64,000 nucleotides of DNA from a candidate division Hyd24-12 bacterium UBA5074 (GTDB taxonomy: Bacteria; Fermentibacterota; Fermentibacteria; Fermentibacterales; Fermentibacteraceae). A program made the translations under genes and the position numbers. The DNA is taken from assembly GCA_002414865.1 (NCBI GenBank), contig DIAQ01000098.1, forward strand, positions 1,039-65,038, read 5' to 3'. The number at the start of each line of letters is the position of its first letter. The first letter of the stretch is position 1. The notes below the pieces were generated by a model. The model did no database searches. It was given only the letters and a program-made list of their open reading frames with translations, and was not told where the DNA came from. Positions 30,153-41,479 of this stretch are shown piece by piece.

Positions 30153-31939
30153 ACGCCGAACACGGCTCCCTGCTCCAGGCCAGCCTCTTTCAGGACCTCG
30201 CGCCTGCGAATCTTGCGGGTGGTGGTCTTCGGCAGCTCGTCTTCGCGGATCATGAAGCTGGATATCCTCTTGTAAGTCGGCTGGGAAGCGTTGAAATGCC
30301 GTATCTCGCGGGAGACCACCTCGACGGCGAACCCGGTGGAAAGGCTTCCGCCCTTCTCCTCGGCCCGGGCGATCAGCTTCTCCATGTCGGGGACCACGAT
30401 GGCCCAGATCTCCTCGCCCTTGAGCTTCGATTCGTGTCCGAAGACCATCGACTCGAGGATGAAGTCCGACTTCGTGAGCTTGGTCTCGATCTCCTCGGGA
30501 TAGACGTTCTTCCCGTTCTTGGCCACTATTACGTTCTTCTTGCGCCCCGTGACGTAGAGGAAGCCCTCCCTGTCGACGAATCCGAAGTCGCCGGTCTTCA
30601 GCCACCCCTCCGGGGAGAGGACCCTGGCGGTTTCCTCCGGGTCGTTGTGATAGCCCAGCATGACGTTGGGTCCTCTGACCACGATCTCTCCCACACCCTC
30701 CTCGTCGGGCTCGTCGATCCTGACCTCGACCTCGGCCAGGGGAGGGCCGACGGAGGAGGGCTTGTTCGCTTTTTCGCGGTTGGCGGAGAGAAGAGGGGCG
30801 GCTTCGGTGAGCCCGTAGCCCTGCAGCATGACGAAACCCAGGCTGGTGAAGCCGCGCACGACGTCGGGATCGATTCCGGCGCCCCCCGATATGAGGAGCC
30901 TTATCTTCCCGCCCAGCTTAGCGTGGACAGGGGAGAAGACCTTCCTGCGTATCGAGCTCCCCATGACGAGCGACGCGACATCCGCCACGACCATCCCGAC
31001 CCTGAAGCGGAGCCTGCCCGCTGGCTGGGTCCTGATGCCCCCGAGAATCTTCCGGTACATGGACTCCCACATGAGCGGAACGGTGAGGATTACGGTCGCT
31101 CCGGAGAGCAGGATGTCCTCCGCCACGTACCTCAGGCCCCTGCAGATGTAGTACGTGGACCCTGCCGAGAGCGGCGCGAGGAATCCGCAGCTGCATTCGT
31201 AGGTGTGGTGCAGCGGCAGCACCGAGAGGAAGATGTCGTTGGGGAGGATGCGCACGAACTGCTGCTCCATCCTGACCACGGACAGGAGGTTGGACTGGGA
31301 CAGGACCACCCCCTTGGCCGATCCCATCGTGCCCGAGGTGTAGTAGATCGCAGCCGGGGCATGCCTGTCGAACGACGAGGGCAGGAGCTTCTCAGACCTC
31401 CTGCCGGACGCGAGGAAGTCGGGGAACTCGATGCAGTCGGCATCGCCGGGCCCGTTCATGACGATCATGGATAGCGGCCTGCCGTGCACGGCCGCCCTGA
31501 AGTCCTGGAGATAGCTGCTGTCGAACAGGACGATGTTCGCGCCGGAGTAGTGAAGGATCGTCCGCATCTCCTGCACGGGCAGCTCGCGGTCGATGGGCAC
31601 GGCCACGCCCCCGCAGCGCATCACGGCCAGATACGCCGAAGCCCAGCTGATGCTGTTCCTTCCGACGATCCCCACGACGGGGGACTCGCACTCCGAGAGC
31701 ATCGCCCTGGCAAGGCTGTCCACGTCCGACCTCAGGTCGCGGTAGGTGATGCTCTTGACTGTGCCATCGTTGTGGGGCTCCACGATGGCGATCGAGTCGG
31801 GATGCCTCCCGGCGGCTTCTGCGAACATCGAGGAGATGCTCTCGAAGTCCGGCACATCGTTGAGAGGGCCGCCGGGGATCTGGCGATTCACTTCAGGCCA
31901 CCTCCGTGTCCGGCGTTGACGGAAATCAGTGGGGACCAT
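30149..31939 (-). CDS. Long-chain fatty acid--CoA ligase (AMP-dependent synthetase)
   Basis: AMP-binding motifs (YTSGTMGSAKGV, GYGLTE, TGDFG). 596 aa. Confidence 0.85.
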   Translation of the reverse strand: MVPTDFRQRRTRRWPEVNRQIPGGPLNDVPDFESISSMFAEAAGRHPDSIAIVEPHNDGTVKSITYRDLRSDVDSLARAMLSECESPVVGIVGRNSISWASAYLAVMRCGGVAVPIDRELPVQEMRTILHYSGANIVLFDSSYLQDFRAAVHGRPLSMIVMNGPGDADCIEFPDFLASGRRSEKLLPSSFDRHAPAAIYYTSGTMGSAKGVVLSQSNLLSVVRMEQQFVRILPNDIFLSVLPLHHTYECSCGFLAPLSAGSTYYICRGLRYVAEDILLSGATVILTVPLMWESMYRKILGGIRTQPAGRLRFRVGMVVADVASLVMGSSIRRKVFSPVHAKLGGKIRLLISGGAGIDPDVVRGFTSLGFVMLQGYGLTEAAPLLSANREKANKPSSVGPPLAEVEVRIDEPDEEGVGEIVVRGPNVMLGYHNDPEETARVLSPEGWLKTGDFGFVDREGFLYVTGRKKNVIVAKNGKNVYPEEIETKLTKSDFILESMVFGHESKLKGEEIWAIVVPDMEKLIARAEEKGGSLSTGFAVEVVSREIRHFNASQPTYKRISSFMIREDELPKTTTRKIRRREVLKEAGLEQGAVFGV

Positions 31940-31987
31940 AGCAGGAAGGCCGCCGGGGAGGAAACCGCCGCCGGGTCGTCCCGCACC

Positions 31988-33214
<1,227 letters not shown>

Positions 33215-33285
33215 GCCGAGGGCGATCTCCGGGACGAGTGCGGGGCTCAGGCCGGGATGGAGGCCCCCGCTCCTGCCCCTGCCCT

Positions 33286-34671
33286 CTACCACTTGTTCCG
33301 GAGGGCGGCCCTGGCGTCGACCACGAGCTGGCCCATCCTCACATCCCGCAGGAACCGCTTCCACATGTAGGACGGCCTGAAGTAGAACTTCCTGTGGAAG
33401 GAGTTGTAGTATCTGTGGATGGTGTCCCAGTCGAGGTTGTCGTGCTTCCAGACCTCGCTCGTACAATGGAAGTTGTACCTGTCCCAGTCCTCGGAGAGGA
33501 GGCGCCCGTCCTCCTTGATGATCCTGTACAGGGGAGACGAGGGGAAGGGCAGGGTCATCGAGGCCTTCGCATAGGTCAGGGGCAGGCTCAGCGCGAACGA
33601 GGTGGTCTTCTTCATCGTCTCCTCGGTCTCCCCGGGGAGGCCGAGCATGAAGTTGCCGAGGGTCTCGAGTCCGGCTCTGTCGGCCATCACGACCGCCTTC
33701 CTCATCTTCTCGAGGCTCTGCGGCTTGTTGACACCCTTCAGGATATCCTCGTCGCCACTCTCGATCCCGAACGCCACCTGGTAGCAGCCGGCCTTCCTGG
33801 CGAGGGTGAAGAACTCCTCGTCGACATCGTGCACGTTGACCCCGGTCGGAAGCGCCCAGGGGGCGTCGAAGCCCTCCTCCACCAGCATCCTGCAGATGGT
33901 CTTCGCGCGGCCGATGTCAGCGGTGAAGTTGTTGTCCTTTATGTGGATGTCCCTGAAGCCGAAGTCGAGCATGCGGAACATCTCGTCGACCACCCTGCGG
34001 GGCGACTTCGCCCGTATCTTGTGCCAGAAGATGTTCTGACTGCAGTAGAAGCAGTTGTGGTTGCAGCCCCTGTTCGTCTCCATGTAGCCAACCGGGTTCC
34101 GCCGGGAGGCGATATGCGGCGCCCTGTAGCGGCTGAGGTCGAAGAGCTGCCAGGCCGGCAGCGGCAGGTCGTCGAGATTCTCGATCATCGGGCGGGCCTG
34201 GGTGGCCGTGAAGGTCCCGTCCTCCAGGAAGGCCACCCCCGGGATGTCCCGCGGCGGGATCCTGCTGCAGACATCCACTACGGTCCTCTCACCCTCGCCG
34301 ACCACCACGAGGTCGAAGGCGCCGCTCCTGAGAACCTCCTCCGGGAGGGTCGTGGCATGCACGCCCCCGGCCACCAGGACTGCGGTGGGCAGCTCGATGC
34401 GGGCTATCTCGGCAAGGCTCCTGGCATCCCCCCACAGGGGGGTGGTGAATGTGATCCCGACGAAGTCGGGCCTCCATTCACGCAGCCTCGACCGGTACAC
34501 TCCGAGGGGGTCCTCCTCGATCATCAGATCGGCCACCGAGGCCTCGTGACCAGCGTCCAGGAGGGCGGCCGCAAGGCTGGCGAGAGTTATGAACGGAGCG
34601 GTGGTCATCCCCACCTTCACATGGCTCTTCTCGTAGATGCCCAGGGCGGAAGGCGGGTTCACTAGCAGCAT
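33286..34671 (-). CDS. B12-binding domain radical SAM protein (class B)
   Basis: N-terminal cobalamin-binding LVNPP region. CxxxCxxC (CNHNCFYCS). About 460 aa. Confidence 0.8.
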   Translation of the reverse strand: MLLVNPPSALGIYEKSHVKVGMTTAPFITLASLAAALLDAGHEASVADLMIEEDPLGVYRSRLREWRPDFVGITFTTPLWGDARSLAEIARIELPTAVLVAGGVHATTLPEEVLRSGAFDLVVVGEGERTVVDVCSRIPPRDIPGVAFLEDGTFTATQARPMIENLDDLPLPAWQLFDLSRYRAPHIASRRNPVGYMETNRGCNHNCFYCSQNIFWHKIRAKSPRRVVDEMFRMLDFGFRDIHIKDNNFTADIGRAKTICRMLVEEGFDAPWALPTGVNVHDVDEEFFTLARKAGCYQVAFGIESGDEDILKGVNKPQSLEKMRKAVVMADRAGLETLGNFMLGLPGETEETMKKTTSFALSLPLTYAKASMTLPFPSSPLYRIIKEDGRLLSEDWDRYNFHCTSEVWKHDNLDWDTIHRYYNSFHRKFYFRPSYMWKRFLRDVRMGQLVVDARAALRNKW

Positions 34672-34818
34672 TCGACTCAACGGCGTGCCCCCTGTATCTG
34701 TGCGGAGTCCGGCATACATGGCGAAAGGGCGAATTTACTCCAGGAGCGTCCCTTCCACCAGTGCCGGACCCGGCCTGCAGACTTGACGCGGCTGCTTCCG
34801 CGCGAACAGGAATGGCCC

Positions 34819-37701
34819 ATGCATGAGAACCCGCCGTCGAAAAGGGACCCGACGGGAGCGGTGCTGGCAGTCCTGTTCGGAGCTGCCGCGCTGATCCTGC
34901 AACCCTCCACATCGGACACCACTCTTGTCAAGCTGGTTCCCTTCTATGTCGCCGGAGTCCTCGCTGCTGCCCTGGTGGCGGTCAGGACAGCGCGCCGCTC
35001 CCTGGATGCGCCCGGGCTTCCCCTGCTCGCATTCGCGCTCCTCCCCGCAGCCTACCTCCTCGTTCGCACCGCGTCCGGGCCACCCAGCGACAGGGGTCCC
35101 GTCTACTGCTTCTCGGTCCTGTCCGGGACGCTCGTCATGCTCGCGCTGGCCACCCCGGGAGACCGCGCCAGGCGGGGCGAAGCGCTGCATCTGCTCGCGG
35201 CGGGAATGGCCGTGGCGCTTGCGGTGCCGCTCATGCAGGCCCTCGGTCTCGACCTGTCCAGCCTCTATGGCCCCACAGCCGACGGCGGGCGCCTCTCCGG
35301 CTCGACGGGAAACCCCACGCTCCTCGGGAGTCTGGGCGCCTCCGGAGCTGTCATGGGAGCAGGCTTCGCGCTGCGGAGAGGTCCCATGAACAGGATCGCA
35401 GGGCTCCTCCTCTCCGCGGAGGGCGTGGCCTCGGTGGTGCTCAGCGGAACGCGCGCGGGCCTGCTCGGGATGCTTGCGGGAAGCATCCTGCTGGTGTGCC
35501 TCGCACCCCTCCGCCGCCGCTCCAGACTCGCGGCGGCAGCGCTCCTGATCGCAGCGGTCGCGGCTGCCTCGGTCGCCATGTGGCCTCGCCTCCGCGAAGC
35601 CGCGGACCCCGGGTCGGGAAGCGTCGCGGTGAGGCGCCTGCTGTGGTCCGGGGCCTGCGGCATGTTCGAGGCAAGGCCGTTTCTCGGGTGGGGGACCGGG
35701 TCCTTCCAGAGGGTCTTCCCCTCCTTCCGCGATCCTGACTACGCCGTTCTCTTCATGAGCCACAGCTCGAACATGGCCCATAGCGAGTACCTCCAGACGC
35801 TGGCAGAGGGAGGGCTGGCCGCGGCGGTTTCGTGGGTGGCCCTCGCATGCTGCGGAATCGTCATGCTGGCTCGCCGGGGCCGGTCGATGGAAGCCCTCGT
35901 CCCCCTGGCGGGAGCGGTTTCCGTGCTGGCGGAGTCCGCGGTCTCCATATCCCTGAGGCTGCCCCTTCAGCAGTTCCAGCTCGCGGTGCTGGCCGGGCTC
36001 TCCCTCGCGGGCGCCCGCTCGGGGCGCACGGCGCCGAGGGCGGCGGCGCTGCTGCCGATCGCGGGCGCCGCAGCGCTTCTCGCCGGGGGCTTCGGGGCGG
36101 CCTTCACCGCCATGAGGTCCGGCTCGCTCCTCCACTCCGGAGGCATCGTCGCCTACGCGGAAGCCGAGGCCGGCCTGGCTGCGGCCGATCGCGCCGGAGA
36201 TCCGTCGGTCAGGCAGAGCCTCCTCGGGCTGTCGCTCACCGACTGCAGGACGGCGGAGTCGGACTGCAGGCGCTGCGTTGAGATCAATCCGGAGGAGCTC
36301 GCGGGATGGTACGCCCTCGGGAACTCGTCCCTGCTCGAGGCGGACATCCTGTCGGAGTCGGGTGCGGACCCGGCTGCGGTGACCGCCGCCCTCCGGAGCG
36401 CGCTCGCCGCCTACGACTCCCTGTCGAAGAGGGCGCCCGATTTCGCCGAGCTCCAGTACAACTACGCGTTCCTCTGCTACAGGCTGGGTCTGCTCCCCGG
36501 GTTCTTCGAACATCTCGCGCGCACCTACACGACACTCCCCCACAGGATCGCGGACCTGGGCGCGGTCTTCCTGTTCCTCGAGCCTCTCTGCAGCGACATC
36601 TCCGGGCTCGAGGCCAGACAGATCGCGCTGCTCGACCGCGCCTTCTCCGTCGGAACGGACGGCATCGGGCCCGAGAGGGCCCTGCCGGCGGCCACCGCCC
36701 AGATACTCGAGGCGGACGCCCTCACGGCCTCGCTGCTGGCAGTCAGAGACCCGGAACTGGCCACTGCCGCGGCCTGGAGACTGACCGCCCCGCTTCTCAG
36801 GCTGGGGGTCCCGTCATGGCTCGCCGCCTGGAGGGGCAGGGTGATCGAGTCCGCCCTGGCTCAAGAGGGGGAGGCGCTTGCTGGAAGAGCTGCGGCCGGG
36901 GATCCCGGACTGGATCCGGAGCCGATCCTGGACCTCCTGGAGAGGACCGGGCTCCCCCTGCCGTATCACAGATTCGCCGCAGCCGCAACACTGCTCGACC
37001 GGGGAGACAAGGCAGGCCTGCCCCTGATGTCGGAGCTGAATGCAGGGCTGGTGAACGCGGGCAGACAATCGCCCGCCTGCTGGCCAGGCGGCGGAAGCTC
37101 GCTCCCCCGGGCCGCCCTGGCTGCGCTCGCAGATCCGTCAGGGCCCGATCTCGATTCGTACTTCGCAGCGGTGGACGAGCTGATCCTCGCCGACTTCCTG
37201 GTCTCCTCCTCCCTCACCCTGGCGCAGAGGCAGTTTCCCGGCTCCGTGGACAGCGGGCTGCTCTCCTCCCTGGACAGCCTGGACGCCAGGCTCGGCGGCG
37301 CGCTCCGTGCCGCAGGCGGTCCGGTGCCGGGCCTGTGGACCGATCCCGGGTACACGCGCGACGTCGTCCTGGGAATCCGGTCCCTGTCCGCCTCGCTAGG
37401 GCCTGACGACCCCACCGCCGCCGTCCTGGGCTTCCGCATCCATTTCAGGTTCCTCTGGTCGCTGCTGGAGGCGGGTTACGGGGAGGACTCGCCGGCGGTG
37501 TCCCTAGCCCTCGCGGGATGCGACAGCTGCATCGCCTCCGCGGCCGGGACCGCCGGAGAGGCCGAGGCACTCGGACTCTGCAGGGAAGGCGTCGAAGAGG
37601 AACAGGGGTTTGCGCTCATGAACCAGTTCGATTCCAGCCCCGCCGCGGATCTCCTGGAACGGCACCTGTCCGCGGGACAGGCCCCGGGCGCCGGCATCTA
37701 G
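34819..37701 (+). CDS. O-antigen ligase (Wzy_C) family membrane protein with about 550-aa C-terminal helical/TPR-like extension
   Basis: About 400 aa with roughly 10 TM. Wzy_C signature (GTGSFQRVF...SHSSNMAHSEYLQTLAEGG). Long Ala/Leu-rich soluble C-terminal region. Confidence 0.7.
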   Translation: MHENPPSKRDPTGAVLAVLFGAAALILQPSTSDTTLVKLVPFYVAGVLAAALVAVRTARRSLDAPGLPLLAFALLPAAYLLVRTASGPPSDRGPVYCFSVLSGTLVMLALATPGDRARRGEALHLLAAGMAVALAVPLMQALGLDLSSLYGPTADGGRLSGSTGNPTLLGSLGASGAVMGAGFALRRGPMNRIAGLLLSAEGVASVVLSGTRAGLLGMLAGSILLVCLAPLRRRSRLAAAALLIAAVAAASVAMWPRLREAADPGSGSVAVRRLLWSGACGMFEARPFLGWGTGSFQRVFPSFRDPDYAVLFMSHSSNMAHSEYLQTLAEGGLAAAVSWVALACCGIVMLARRGRSMEALVPLAGAVSVLAESAVSISLRLPLQQFQLAVLAGLSLAGARSGRTAPRAAALLPIAGAAALLAGGFGAAFTAMRSGSLLHSGGIVAYAEAEAGLAAADRAGDPSVRQSLLGLSLTDCRTAESDCRRCVEINPEELAGWYALGNSSLLEADILSESGADPAAVTAALRSALAAYDSLSKRAPDFAELQYNYAFLCYRLGLLPGFFEHLARTYTTLPHRIADLGAVFLFLEPLCSDISGLEARQIALLDRAFSVGTDGIGPERALPAATAQILEADALTASLLAVRDPELATAAAWRLTAPLLRLGVPSWLAAWRGRVIESALAQEGEALAGRAAAGDPGLDPEPILDLLERTGLPLPYHRFAAAATLLDRGDKAGLPLMSELNAGLVNAGRQSPACWPGGGSSLPRAALAALADPSGPDLDSYFAAVDELILADFLVSSSLTLAQRQFPGSVDSGLLSSLDSLDARLGGALRAAGGPVPGLWTDPGYTRDVVLGIRSLSASLGPDDPTAAVLGFRIHFRFLWSLLEAGYGEDSPAVSLALAGCDSCIASAAGTAGEAEALGLCREGVEEEQGFALMNQFDSSPAADLLERHLSAGQAPGAGI

Positions 37702-38513
37702 GCGGGAGCGGGACCCGTTCCGGCGCGGCCCTTCCTCCCGGTGGCGAGATGCATCCCGATCAGCGCCGAGACGAGCACCGCGGTGAGGGCGGCGGAGCCT
37801 TCCGGCCCGAACCCGCCCCAGGGCGGCGGAGACGACGGCTCGAGCAGCGAGGGCAGCCGGTAGCCGCTTACCTGCGCTCCGAGGACGACGCCGGTGACGC
37901 CGTTCCAGAGCCAGTGTACGAGGATGGGCGCCTGCAATCCGCCGGTCGCGGTCCTGAGCCTGCAAAGGAGGAAGCCGAACAGGCCGATGTTGAACAGGCC
38001 CAGGGGAGTGATGGCGGGATTGCCGGAATGGACCGCGGCGAACAGGATCGAAGAGATGATGGAGGCGGGCAGGAGGCGTCCCCTGTAGGTAAGAGCGTCC
38101 TGGAGATATCCCCGGAATCCGATCTCCTCGGCCGCCGCCGCCGGCAGCAGGGCGAGCAGGGCGCCGATCCAGCCGGTTCCGGCTCCCGCCGGTGCGATTC
38201 CTCCCGCCAGGGAGACGGCGAAAGGCAGCAGGAGGTAGGCGGACAGGACCAGAGCCGATGGAATTCCCCGAAGGCCTGCCGCGCGGGAGGAGCTGAACGA
38301 CAGCCACGCCGGTCCGACAATGGCGCAGGACATGGCTCCGGAGACGGCGAAGCCTGTCACGAGACCGGCATGCCCGCCTGTGAGGGCGGTGGCCAGGAAC
38401 CTCGAGGCGGAAATCAGCACCAGGAATGCTGCCAGGAGCCCGAGCCGGGCAAGGAGCTCCGGCACCGGCCTCAGCCGGCCGGGATCGAGCGCTCCCGGGC
38501 GGATGCCCCTCAA
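37698..38513 (-). CDS. CPBP family intramembrane metalloprotease (CAAX protease / Abi)
   Basis: EExxFRG (AEEIGFRGY), FxxxH (FAAVHSG) and HxxxN (HWLWNG) motifs. The track ORF extends out of frame through tpiA. A TTG at ~38513 overlaps the tpiA stop; a GTG at 38465 is an alternative start. Confidence 0.6.
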   Translation of the reverse strand: MRGIRPGALDPGRLRPVPELLARLGLLAAFLVLISASRFLATALTGGHAGLVTGFAVSGAMSCAIVGPAWLSFSSSRAAGLRGIPSALVLSAYLLLPFAVSLAGGIAPAGAGTGWIGALLALLPAAAAEEIGFRGYLQDALTYRGRLLPASIISSILFAAVHSGNPAITPLGLFNIGLFGFLLCRLRTATGGLQAPILVHWLWNGVTGVVLGAQVSGYRLPSLLEPSSPPPWGGFGPEGSAALTAVLVSALIGMHLATGRKGRAGTGPAPA

Positions 38514-39262
38514 GCCCTCGCGGACCTCGCGATCGAGAGGAAGCCTTCTGCGTCCAGGCTGGCGCCCCCGACAAGAGCGCCGTCGACCCCCGGCGCAGCC
38601 AGGATCTCCGCGGAATTGCCGGGCTTGACGCTTCCCCCGTAGATGATCCGGACGGGTGAGGAGGCCTCTCCGAACATCCCGCCCAGAGCCTTTCTGATAT
38701 GGAGATGCATCCCGGAAACCTGTTCCGGGGTGGCGATGCGCCCGGTTCCGATCGCCCAGACGGGCTCGTAGGCGATCACGATCCGGCCGGGATCGTCGGG
38801 CAGCCCTCCCGCGAGCGCCGCCGACAGCTGATCGCGAACCACGGACTCCTGCCCGCCGGCATCCCTCTGCTCGAGAAGCTCGCCGAGACAGAGGACCACC
38901 GAGAGCCCCCCGCCGAGGGCGGCCTCGAGCTTCCTCCTGACCACCTGGTCGGACTCGCCGAGGATGTGCCTGCGCTCGCTGTGGCCTGCGAGCACCCAGG
39001 AGCAGCCGGCCTCGACCAGCATCGAAGGGCTTATCTCTCCCGTGAAGGCTCCGGCGGTCTCGTAGAACACGTCCTGGGCTCCGAGCCCGATACCGGCCTC
39101 CCTCGCGTCCTCCGACAGGGCCGGGAGCAGGGTGAACGGAGGAAAGACGACGATCTGCGCCGGGTCGTCGGCCACGGCCAGGGACTTGGCGGTCTGCAAC
39201 CATGACAGGCCCATGGGCCAGCTGCCGTTCATCTTCCAGTTGGCGCCGAAGAAGGGTTTCAA
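38510..39262 (-). CDS. tpiA: Triosephosphate isomerase
   Basis: GNWKMN, AYEPVWAIGTG and GGS motifs. A TTG start at 39260-39262 overlaps the pgk stop (TTGA). Confidence 0.9.
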   Translation of the reverse strand: MKPFFGANWKMNGSWPMGLSWLQTAKSLAVADDPAQIVVFPPFTLLPALSEDAREAGIGLGAQDVFYETAGAFTGEISPSMLVEAGCSWVLAGHSERRHILGESDQVVRRKLEAALGGGLSVVLCLGELLEQRDAGGQESVVRDQLSAALAGGLPDDPGRIVIAYEPVWAIGTGRIATPEQVSGMHLHIRKALGGMFGEASSPVRIIYGGSVKPGNSAEILAAPGVDGALVGGASLDAEGFLSIARSARA

Positions 39263-40461
39263 CGCGCCCCTCCTCCCAGGGCCTCGAGAGCCACCAGCTC
39301 CCTGCCCTGCAGGAGGGTGAGGGAGACTCCGCCACCCGTGGACACGAAGCTGACCCTCTTCTCCACGCCGGCCTCGGTGACGGCGCGGGCGGAGTCGCCT
39401 CCGCCGACGATGGTGACGGCTCCCGAGCGGTCGGTCGCCTCGGCCAGCGCCAGGGCCAGGGTCCGCGTGGCCCTGTCGAACGGAGGCGATTCGAACAGGC
39501 CCATCGGGCCGTTCCACACCACCGTGCCGCTGCGCCCGATCACCGCTGCGAACTCGGCGGTGGCCGCGGGTCCTATGTCCAGGCCAGCCGATCCGGGCGG
39601 TATGGCGGCGGCCGGAACCGCAGCAGCTCCGGCTCCATCCGCCGGCGATGCCGCAACCACGATGTCGGAGGGCAGGATGACCTTCACTCCGGCCTTCGCG
39701 GCGCGCTCGAGGATGGCCGAAGCCATCGGCACCCTGTCCGGCTCGAGGAGGCTCTTCCCGACCTCGAGGCCGAGCGCCTTGAGGAAGGTGAAGGCCATCC
39801 CTCCCCCGATCAGGATGTAGTCGGTCCTGTCCAGGAGGTTCTCCATCACCGGTATCTTGTCGGCCACCTTGGCGCCCCCGAGGAGCAGCGTCATGGGCTT
39901 GCGCGGTTCTTCGACCGCTCCGAGCAGGAAGTCGAGCTCCTTCTCCACGAGGAACCCGACGAAGCCGCCTCCGAGGGCGGCAGGCACGCCTGTCATCGAT
40001 GCGTGCGCCCTGTGGCAGGTGCCGAAGGCGTCGTTCACGTAGGTGTCCGCCAGGGAGGCGAGCTGCCCCGCGAACCCGGGATCTCCTGCCTCCTCCCCGG
40101 GATGGAACCTGAGGTTCTCCAGGAGCAGGATGTCACCTGGCTTCAGGGCCTTCGCCATCGATTCCACGCGCATCCCGACACAGTCCGGCGCCAGGACGAC
40201 GGTTCTTCCCAGGAGCTGCCCGAGGCGCCTCGCAACCGGGGCGAGGCTCATCCCGGGCACCACCTTCCCGTCCGGCCTGCCGAGGTGGCTGGCCACGACG
40301 GCCGAGGCGGGGGCTTCCAGGATGGCCCGGATGGTGGGCAGCACCGCCTCGATCCGTGTGTCGTCGGCCACCTCGCAGTTCTCCAGGGGAACGTTGAGGT
40401 CGGCCCGGAGGAACACCCTCCTGCCTGCGAGGGAGGCGTTCCTTATCGATGGGTACTTCAC
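39259..40461 (-). CDS. pgk: Phosphoglycerate kinase
   Basis: RADLNVP and GGGD..A motifs. GTG at 40459-40461 overlaps the gap stop (GTGA). Confidence 0.9.
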   Translation of the reverse strand: MKYPSIRNASLAGRRVFLRADLNVPLENCEVADDTRIEAVLPTIRAILEAPASAVVASHLGRPDGKVVPGMSLAPVARRLGQLLGRTVVLAPDCVGMRVESMAKALKPGDILLLENLRFHPGEEAGDPGFAGQLASLADTYVNDAFGTCHRAHASMTGVPAALGGGFVGFLVEKELDFLLGAVEEPRKPMTLLLGGAKVADKIPVMENLLDRTDYILIGGGMAFTFLKALGLEVGKSLLEPDRVPMASAILERAAKAGVKVILPSDIVVAASPADGAGAAAVPAAAIPPGSAGLDIGPAATAEFAAVIGRSGTVVWNGPMGLFESPPFDRATRTLALALAEATDRSGAVTIVGGGDSARAVTEAGVEKRVSFVSTGGGVSLTLLQGRELVALEALGGGAR

Positions 40462-41459
40462 ATCCCCACCCCGCTCATGAGGCGCAGCATGTCCACCATC
40501 CTCGACGAGTAGCCCCACTCGTTGTCGTACCAGGACATGACCTTGACCATCCTGGGACCGACCATCCGGGTGAACTCCGAATCGAACACCGAACTCGCGT
40601 CCCTGCCAATGATGTCCGTCGAGACGAGCGGCTCCTCGCTGTAATCGAGTATCCCTCTGAGCCTTCCCTCCGACGCCTTCTTCATGGCGGCGTTCACGTC
40701 GGCCACGGTCGCGTCCTTCTCGAGGACGCAGGTGAGATCGACCAGGGATCCGTCGGCCACGGGCACCCTGACCGCGAACCCGTCGAGCCGTCCCCTGAGC
40801 TCGGGGATGACCTCTCCTATGGCGCTCGCGGCACCGGTCGTGGTGGGGATGATGTTGAGGGCGGCGGTCCTCGCCCTGCGGAGGTCCTTGTGGGGGAGGT
40901 CGAGGACGCGCTGGTCGTTCGTGTACGCATGCACGGTGGTCATTATGCCCGTCGCTATCCCGAAGGTCTGGTGCAGCACTGAGGCGACCGGCGCCAGGCA
41001 GTTCGTGGTGCAGCTCGCGGTGGATATCACCGAGTGGATCGCAGGATCGTACCTGTCCGAGTTGACACCCATCACGATCGTCAGATCGGCCCCCTTGGCG
41101 GGTGCGCTTATCATCACCCTGCGGGCTCCCGCGGCGATGTGGGCAGAGGCCTTGTCCTTCGAGGTGAAGAGCCCCGTGGACTCGATGACGATGTCGATCC
41201 CCATGTCCTTCCAGGGCAGGGCTGCAGGGTCCCTTGTCGAGAGGACCCTGAACGATCCCGCCCGGGTGGTGATCGTATCGCCCTCGACCTTCACCCCTCC
41301 CTCGAACCTGCGGTGAACCGAATCGCGCTCGAGGAGGTTCGCCAGCGTGACGGGATCGGTGATGTCGTTCACCGCCACGATTTCGATGCCTCCGACCTCG
41401 GCGGCCCGCCTGTAGACCAGCCTGCCGATCCTCCCGAACCCGTTGATGGCAACCTTCAT
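40458..41459 (-). CDS. gap: Glyceraldehyde-3-phosphate dehydrogenase
   Basis: INGFGRIGR Rossmann motif. Catalytic ASCTTNCLAP. Confidence 0.95.
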   Translation of the reverse strand: MKVAINGFGRIGRLVYRRAAEVGGIEIVAVNDITDPVTLANLLERDSVHRRFEGGVKVEGDTITTRAGSFRVLSTRDPAALPWKDMGIDIVIESTGLFTSKDKASAHIAAGARRVMISAPAKGADLTIVMGVNSDRYDPAIHSVISTASCTTNCLAPVASVLHQTFGIATGIMTTVHAYTNDQRVLDLPHKDLRRARTAALNIIPTTTGAASAIGEVIPELRGRLDGFAVRVPVADGSLVDLTCVLEKDATVADVNAAMKKASEGRLRGILDYSEEPLVSTDIIGRDASSVFDSEFTRMVGPRMVKVMSWYDNEWGYSSRMVDMLRLMSGVGM

Positions 41460-41479
41460 CTTGCCCTCCCAGTATTGGA